From Alphaproteobacteria bacterium (lineage in GTDB: Bacteria; Pseudomonadota; Alphaproteobacteria; JALRGP01): a stretch of 32,281 nt of DNA. Positions 27,641 through 32,281 of the stretch are shown piece after piece. The notes beneath the pieces were generated by a model, which had not been told where the DNA came from, searched no databases, and was given only the letters and a program-made list of their open reading frames with translations. The stretch is taken from positions 1 to 32,281 of the forward strand of contig JALRGP010000001.1 in assembly GCA_023259685.1 (NCBI GenBank). The letters are read 5' to 3'. How positions within the stretch are numbered: position 1 is the stretch's first letter; each line of letters opens with the position of its first letter. A program made the position numbers and the translations under genes.

Positions 27641-28092
27641 GATACATTAAAAAATATCAGAATTATTATTGATTAAATCAATAAATAATTAAAAAATAGT
27701 TAATTTTTTACTTTTTTATGACAAGTATTTTTGTAAATTTACACCCCAATGTTCTGTGGATAAACGTTTGAACAACATTGATTAAACTGTGTGAACAAAC
27801 TGTGTATAAAAAATTGTACACACATTACAACGTTTAATTAACACAGTTATTCACATATTGTTGAAAAGTAAAAAAAATACTTAGAAAAATTAGTTATTTT
27901 TTAAGTAAAAGATTGTGGATAAGTGGGTTTTTCCACAAATTCACAGGCCCAACAACAACAAATATTTATATATTTATATTATTTGTATGGAAAAATTTTC
28001 CTTTAAAATTAATAATTCATTAACCATTTTTAAACTTTTCGTTAATAAAAACTCTGCCATCTTAAAAATGTTCAACTTAAACGAGTTTTTTT
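27641..28092. other. candidate chromosomal replication origin (oriC): DnaA-box cluster flanked by A/T-rich putative unwinding tracts
   Basis: 452-bp non-coding spacer between divergent genes, with seven DnaA-box-like 9-mers in 27755-27937 (see next feature). The flanks 27641-27740 and 27950-28090 are about 85-90% A+T by eye. TTAA-N7-TTAA motifs occur at 27689-27703 and 28009-28023. Confidence 0.5.
27755..27937. promoter_or_regulatory. DnaA-box cluster (2 perfect, 3 consensus-class and 2 near-consensus boxes)
   Basis: Perfect TGTGGATAA (the complement of TTATCCACA) at 27755-27763 and 27914-27922. TGTGTATAA at 27801-27809 and TTATTCACA at 27847-27855 fit TTATNCACA. TTTTCCACA at 27929-27937 fits TTWTNCACA and forms an inverted pair with the 27914 box across a 6-nt spacer. 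TGTGAACAA at 27790-27798 and TTGTACACA at 27814-27822 are one step off the loose consensus. Confidence 0.8.
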
Positions 28093-31000
28093 ATGAAACA
28101 ATCCATTAGAGTCCTTGCGACAGGACTCTCGCTGAGCTGTGCCGCATTTGCAGTTCAGACAACATCTAGCTTGCTAGGCTTCCCTAGTCAATCCACAGAT
28201 TTCGCAAGAGCGCAAATTATTAAAAATCAATTAGGCGCATCCAGTACAGAAACAGTCGAACAAAAAATCGACAGTATTCGTAGATCCATCAGCTCAAATG
28301 CTAGCACTGTATCTCAAGGCGTTGAAAGTGTCAGAAAATTACTAAGGTCGTCAACCGATAGCCTTCGTCAACAATTAACGCGTTCTTTGACAATTTTGCA
28401 AACTCAAAATTCCACGATTACCGATGAATTGAAAGAAGAAATTGAACAAATCCAAAAACAAATTGATTTGTTAGCACCCGCATTAAATACAAACGATCTT
28501 TTCAGTATTATTTCCCAATTAAATACCAAAGTTGGTGGAAAATCTGGTGAAGACCTTATCACACGTTTACATAACATACAATTGTTTATTGATGGACAAT
28601 CCAGCATTGATGGACAATCCAGCAGTGATATTATTACATCTTTGATTAAATTTCAAAATATTTTGGATCCAAATCCAGCTAATGCATTTACGTTTAATCA
28701 ATCCAAAACAACGAATTTACTTGAAAAATTGAATAGATCTAACGATAATCTTGGCGGAACAGGTGCCGGTATTTTGGGAAGAACAGCTTTGTTAAAAAGC
28801 TTGTTAAACAAAAAATCCACACTTGATATGTATTCAATTATCAATGAATTAATGGGACGTGTTGGTGGTTTTTCTCAAGACATGAGCACACGTTTAGACG
28901 CATTATCTAAACTTGTTAATGGAATGAATGGAACATCTTTGACAAATTCTTTGGAAGCAATTTCTCAAAATATTGGTCTTGGACAAGGTGAAAATTTACA
29001 AACAGTTTTGCCCGATATTATTACAAAAATCAGCAGCACAACCGGAGTTCAAGGAACATTGATGTCAATTGTTGACAAATTTTCCCAAGCCTTGAACCAA
29101 CGCATTGGAATATCTGGTTCGAATACGCAAGAAAAATTAAACAGAGTATTCTCAGAATTACAAGGCCAAGGTAACGTTGGTGGTGATCTTCAAACAATTA
29201 TTAATAGTGTTAATAACAACCTAAGCGGTAACACATTAAAAGGGACGACCAATTTGTTATTGGATGCTCAAGATATGTTGCGTCAAGGATCTAGTGGTCT
29301 TGGAAATGTTTTAGATCGTATTATTTTATCTTTGCAATCAACGGTCAAAAGGCAAATTGGTGGTTTGACATTATTGGATTTGTTAACAGATGCACAAGCT
29401 GGTATTTTCTCTCTGACTGGAGGATCTGCATTTGATGGTGTATCATACAGTTTGTTTGAAAATTTATCAAACCTCAGAACATTGGTCGATCCAACAGCAG
29501 GAAATTCAACACTTTATGAACTGTTGGTGAATAACTTTAATGATGTTTTGGGTGGTAATCCATACAGTTCAACAAACGGATTGTATCAAAACCTTAGAAA
29601 CATGTCATTGCTTTTAAAAGGTCAGGCAAAATCCACATCACAAACAGATATTACAAACTTTATCAGAGTTAATATGTTTGGTCTGATGGGTGGTCAACCA
29701 TTTTCAACAACGACATCACCATTCAATGGTGTATATGATTCTTTGCAATTAATTCATGACGCCGTCACAGGTCGAACATCAGACATTTCTTCCAATACAA
29801 TTATTGATTCTTTGAATAGAGTACAATCCTTACTTTGGAATAACTTGTCAGGTTCGCAAGCAAGTTCTGGAAATATTTATTCAGATTTAACAAGTTTGAA
29901 TCGCTTGTTTGAATACGCAAATGGTGGAAAAAGTTTAGCTGAAATTCTGTTTACAGATATCTCTCCTTTGTTAAAATGTGGTTTTGCAAATGGAGAAGGT
30001 GTGTATGAAATTTTGGTTCAAATCATGCAAAACCTTAACCCGCAAAGTTCATTAAATCTTTTTGAATTAACTGGAAGTGCTTCAAACTCAAATAGCATTC
30101 CTTACTTGATTGGTGGCGGTACGAATACAGTCAGTATCTACAAAAGATTAAAAGATGTTCAATCTTTCCTCAGAAATGGTTCAACGTCATCTCTTCAAAC
30201 AATCGTAACCCAAGATATGAATGATATTATCGGTGGTGCCTCAATTGTATCGGGTGTTAACAGTTTGTTTGACAATTTGTTTAATATCTCTAATCAATTG
30301 AAAAATTATCCATTTATGGGAACCTCATCAAACATTACAACATTGGTGGGACAAGCATCAAAAATGTTAACAGACGAATTGACAGGTATTTCCGGTATCA
30401 ACAGTTCTTCACTGAGTTTGCCACAAGCAACATCCAGTGTTAAAGGTGTACTTGGATATGGGTCAAATAAATCATTGATGAATCAGATCGTAGGATCTGC
30501 TATTAATGATAGCGTTCTAGCTGATTTAAATTTGAACTCAACCCGTGATGTTAAAACAGCCATTAACCGTTTACGTAACTTTATTGGAAACGAATATACA
30601 GAATCGAGCATCCAAAATATGTTGATATCTAAACTTGCAACATCTGGCGTAAAAGGTCACCTAGAAGGAAACGGACCTAACGGAAACAGTAGTGCTTCCA
30701 TTCATGATGCAATCCAAAATATTAGAACATTACTTGGTTATATAAACTATGGAACTAACCTTTTAGATAACGTATCCAATAAAAATGCAAATCGTGGTAT
30801 TGTTGGCGATCTAGTTGGTGGATCCTTGGTCAACGGTAATACGGTCAGCGCTAACATTAATGCCATTAAACGTGCAATTTCTCCCGCAGTTAATGGTTAT
30901 ACAAGTGCGAATGTCTATGATTTAATTACAAAAGAATCGGTCACATCTGGTGTGCTTGGAGATTTGGGGGTTCCAACAGAATCTGCACAAACCGTTAAAG

Positions 31001-31842
31001 AAGCAATCACATTCTTAAGAAACAGATTAGACCAAGGATCCATCCAAGGAATTCGAGGTATTATCCAAAGTATTCAAGGGTTAATGGGATATCCACAAGA
31101 TGATGATTCATGCTTTGGTGGGAATGGTACAGATATGAAACAAACAGTTGTTGCGATTAGAAATTACTTATCTAATCACCCAACACAAACTGTTATTGAT
31201 AGAATTACCAATATCAAAGGATTATTGTCTGTAAGCACCACCGATGATATTGAAGTACGCATCAAAAATATCTTGATGACACTTCATGCAAATCAATCCG
31301 GTGTTGTTGCCAATGTATTGACGGATATTTACGACAGAGTTGGTGATTCTCCAGATTGTGGATCTCAATCAATTCTTGACAACGTGAAAGCTGTTCAAGA
31401 TAAAATTGGTGTGGGAGATACAACGACGAATCCAAATTCCGTATTTTCAGGTTTAAACAACTTTGGAGAATTGATTAAAACTGGCTTCACTGCAAGTGGT
31501 GAAACATTGGTTCAATCAATTACCGAATTTAATCAATACCTTGGTACACCAACAACTTATGATGCCCTTAATTTTGGTAACATGTTTTATTCTGGTGGAT
31601 TCACATTAACGTCTCAAACTTTGTCAAGAGCCATTGGTACGAATCAAGATGATATCACCAGTGATACATTATACGGATATATGAATGGTATTAATACGCA
31701 AGTTCAAACATTAAAAGGATCTGGATCTGCAACGTATACAAAAGTGACTATTGATCTACCAGAAAGTGGTTTTACGAATACAACAATTTTAGATTTCTTG
31801 GGTGATATTTATACCAAGTTATCAACAGGTGTAGCATCGTAA
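28093..31842 (+). CDS. lineage-specific secreted or surface repeat protein (1249 aa) built from degenerate ~35-45-aa helix-Gly-helix modules
   Basis: Uninterrupted 1249-codon ORF. Sec-type signal MKQSIRVLATGLSLSCAAFA|VQ (AxA site). Residues ~50-130 look like coiled coil. From ~130 to ~1130 a module recurs, e.g. NDLFSIISQLNTKVGGKSGEDLITRLHNIQLFIDG, LDMYSIINELMGRVGGFSQDMSTRLDALSKLVNG, STLYELLVNNFNDVLGGNPYSSTNGLYQNLRNMSLLLKG, SLQTIVTQDMNDIIGGASIVSGVNSLFDNLFNISNQL and RGIVGDLVGGSLVNGNTVSANINAIKRAISP. Composition is N/S/T/G/L/Q-rich. There is no RTX nonapeptide and no C-terminal aromatic OMP signature. Confidence 0.85.
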   Translation: MKQSIRVLATGLSLSCAAFAVQTTSSLLGFPSQSTDFARAQIIKNQLGASSTETVEQKIDSIRRSISSNASTVSQGVESVRKLLRSSTDSLRQQLTRSLTILQTQNSTITDELKEEIEQIQKQIDLLAPALNTNDLFSIISQLNTKVGGKSGEDLITRLHNIQLFIDGQSSIDGQSSSDIITSLIKFQNILDPNPANAFTFNQSKTTNLLEKLNRSNDNLGGTGAGILGRTALLKSLLNKKSTLDMYSIINELMGRVGGFSQDMSTRLDALSKLVNGMNGTSLTNSLEAISQNIGLGQGENLQTVLPDIITKISSTTGVQGTLMSIVDKFSQALNQRIGISGSNTQEKLNRVFSELQGQGNVGGDLQTIINSVNNNLSGNTLKGTTNLLLDAQDMLRQGSSGLGNVLDRIILSLQSTVKRQIGGLTLLDLLTDAQAGIFSLTGGSAFDGVSYSLFENLSNLRTLVDPTAGNSTLYELLVNNFNDVLGGNPYSSTNGLYQNLRNMSLLLKGQAKSTSQTDITNFIRVNMFGLMGGQPFSTTTSPFNGVYDSLQLIHDAVTGRTSDISSNTIIDSLNRVQSLLWNNLSGSQASSGNIYSDLTSLNRLFEYANGGKSLAEILFTDISPLLKCGFANGEGVYEILVQIMQNLNPQSSLNLFELTGSASNSNSIPYLIGGGTNTVSIYKRLKDVQSFLRNGSTSSLQTIVTQDMNDIIGGASIVSGVNSLFDNLFNISNQLKNYPFMGTSSNITTLVGQASKMLTDELTGISGINSSSLSLPQATSSVKGVLGYGSNKSLMNQIVGSAINDSVLADLNLNSTRDVKTAINRLRNFIGNEYTESSIQNMLISKLATSGVKGHLEGNGPNGNSSASIHDAIQNIRTLLGYINYGTNLLDNVSNKNANRGIVGDLVGGSLVNGNTVSANINAIKRAISPAVNGYTSANVYDLITKESVTSGVLGDLGVPTESAQTVKEAITFLRNRLDQGSIQGIRGIIQSIQGLMGYPQDDDSCFGGNGTDMKQTVVAIRNYLSNHPTQTVIDRITNIKGLLSVSTTDDIEVRIKNILMTLHANQSGVVANVLTDIYDRVGDSPDCGSQSILDNVKAVQDKIGVGDTTTNPNSVFSGLNNFGELIKTGFTASGETLVQSITEFNQYLGTPTTYDALNFGNMFYSGGFTLTSQTLSRAIGTNQDDITSDTLYGYMNGINTQVQTLKGSGSATYTKVTIDLPESGFTNTTILDFLGDIYTKLSTGVAS
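28588..28623 (+). repeat. perfect 18-bp tandem duplication (ATTGATGGACAATCCAGC x2) encoding IDGQSS-IDGQSS
   Basis: Read directly: 28588-28605 and 28606-28623 are identical and in frame within the 1249-aa gene. Confidence 0.95.
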
Positions 31843-31865
31843 ATTAAATAGCATAGTTTTTTAAG

Positions 31866-31905
31866 GGGGAACCTCTCGTTAGGGAGGCTCCTCTTTTATT
31901 TTTTA
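31866..31905 (+). terminator. intrinsic terminator of the 1249-aa gene
   Basis: GGGGAACCTCTC-GTTA-GGGAGGCTCCTC hairpin: 12 stem positions with one A-C mismatch, two G-U pairs and a GTTA loop. It is followed by TTTTATTTTTT and lies 24 nt after the stop. Confidence 0.7.
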
Positions 31906-32281
31906 ATCTTTAAATAATTGATAGTTTCATAAAATTAAAAGATAGGAGCGCGCTCTTACATAGCCTTATAGATCAGCTTTTCACTAGATATCTTTCTAAA
32001 CTGATTTCCTAATGGGAGGTATTTAATTATACTCATGACAAATACCAGGTATCTGCGAATTAAAAAAAATTGTTGAAAAATTTTTTGATATTGTACTAAA
32101 GTATATATTATTAATACTATTCTATGTTTAATATGTCGTTCAAAACGCACAATTCTTACCGACGCTGGCTATCCTGCAGTGTGGCATTGTCTTTAGTTTG
32201 GTCACCAGTACATGCCGGTTTATGTAGTTAGGTGGGATAGGGTTAACACCCTCGCCTTTAGGCGAACACTTCAGTATTATT

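Noticed and set aside
25546-28607. ORFs 25546..25752, 27313..27513 and 28404..28607 (antisense in the two large genes), and 27915..28109 inside the DnaA-box spacer.
   Set aside because: The first three are antisense shadow frames. 27915..28109 starts inside a DnaA box, is an A/T-driven N/K/I/F-rich string, and overlaps the start of the 1249-aa gene.
31956-32150. 64-aa minus-strand ORF downstream of the repeat-protein terminator.
   Set aside because: It is A/T-driven low-complexity sequence with no RBS or motif. It overlaps the start of the plus-strand signal-peptide-like mini-ORF by 18 nt (32133-32150).
1-32281. CRISPR arrays, rRNA, tRNA, prophage or recognised defence-system gene sets.
   Set aside because: No regularly spaced direct repeats, no rRNA-like or cloverleaf-compatible sequence in any intergenic gap, and no nuclease/helicase/methylase gene combinations were seen. 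The only methyltransferase is a lone NoeA-like enzyme beside an IS remnant.

Overview
AT-rich (about one-third G+C by eye) chromosomal segment from a Gram-negative bacterium, probably a reduced-genome, host-associated proteobacterium. The Lpt, Mla and TamB envelope genes support the Gram-negative call. About 27 credible CDSs are present and most are housekeeping: tgt, pyk, a pabC-like class IV PLP enzyme, ftsH, lptA-lptB, mlaE, metG, a LON-N-domain protein, grxD, a short tamB-like gene, a ZnuA-like binding protein, a NUDIX hydrolase, an rlmB/TrmH-like methyltransferase, fabG, an ArnA-type formyltransferase, tal, a VanX/DdpX-like dipeptidase, hisS and two MFS transporters. Three patches are not ordinary. 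(1) A 5'-truncated ISAs1-family transposase at 18.45-19.25 kb abuts a methyltransferase gene of about 50-55% G+C, which looks like a foreign island. (2) A 370-bp AT-rich intergenic region at 16.8-17.17 kb is bracketed by two G/C-rich motifs that are inverted copies of each other. (3) At 25.1-31.8 kb two large lineage-specific genes with signal peptides diverge from a 452-bp spacer. One encodes 837 aa with a coiled coil and a C-terminal LRR-like domain. The other encodes 1249 aa built from about 25-30 degenerate helix-Gly-helix repeats. The spacer carries a dense DnaA-box cluster (two perfect TTATCCACA boxes plus five near-consensus boxes in 183 bp) flanked by almost pure A/T tracts. I consider it a candidate oriC, and it is the strongest sequence-level signal in the window. 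A 42-codon membrane-peptide ORF that the ORF track missed sits between the NUDIX and ZnuA-like genes. I found no rRNA, tRNA or CRISPR array by eye. All family calls rest on recognised motifs and no searches were run.
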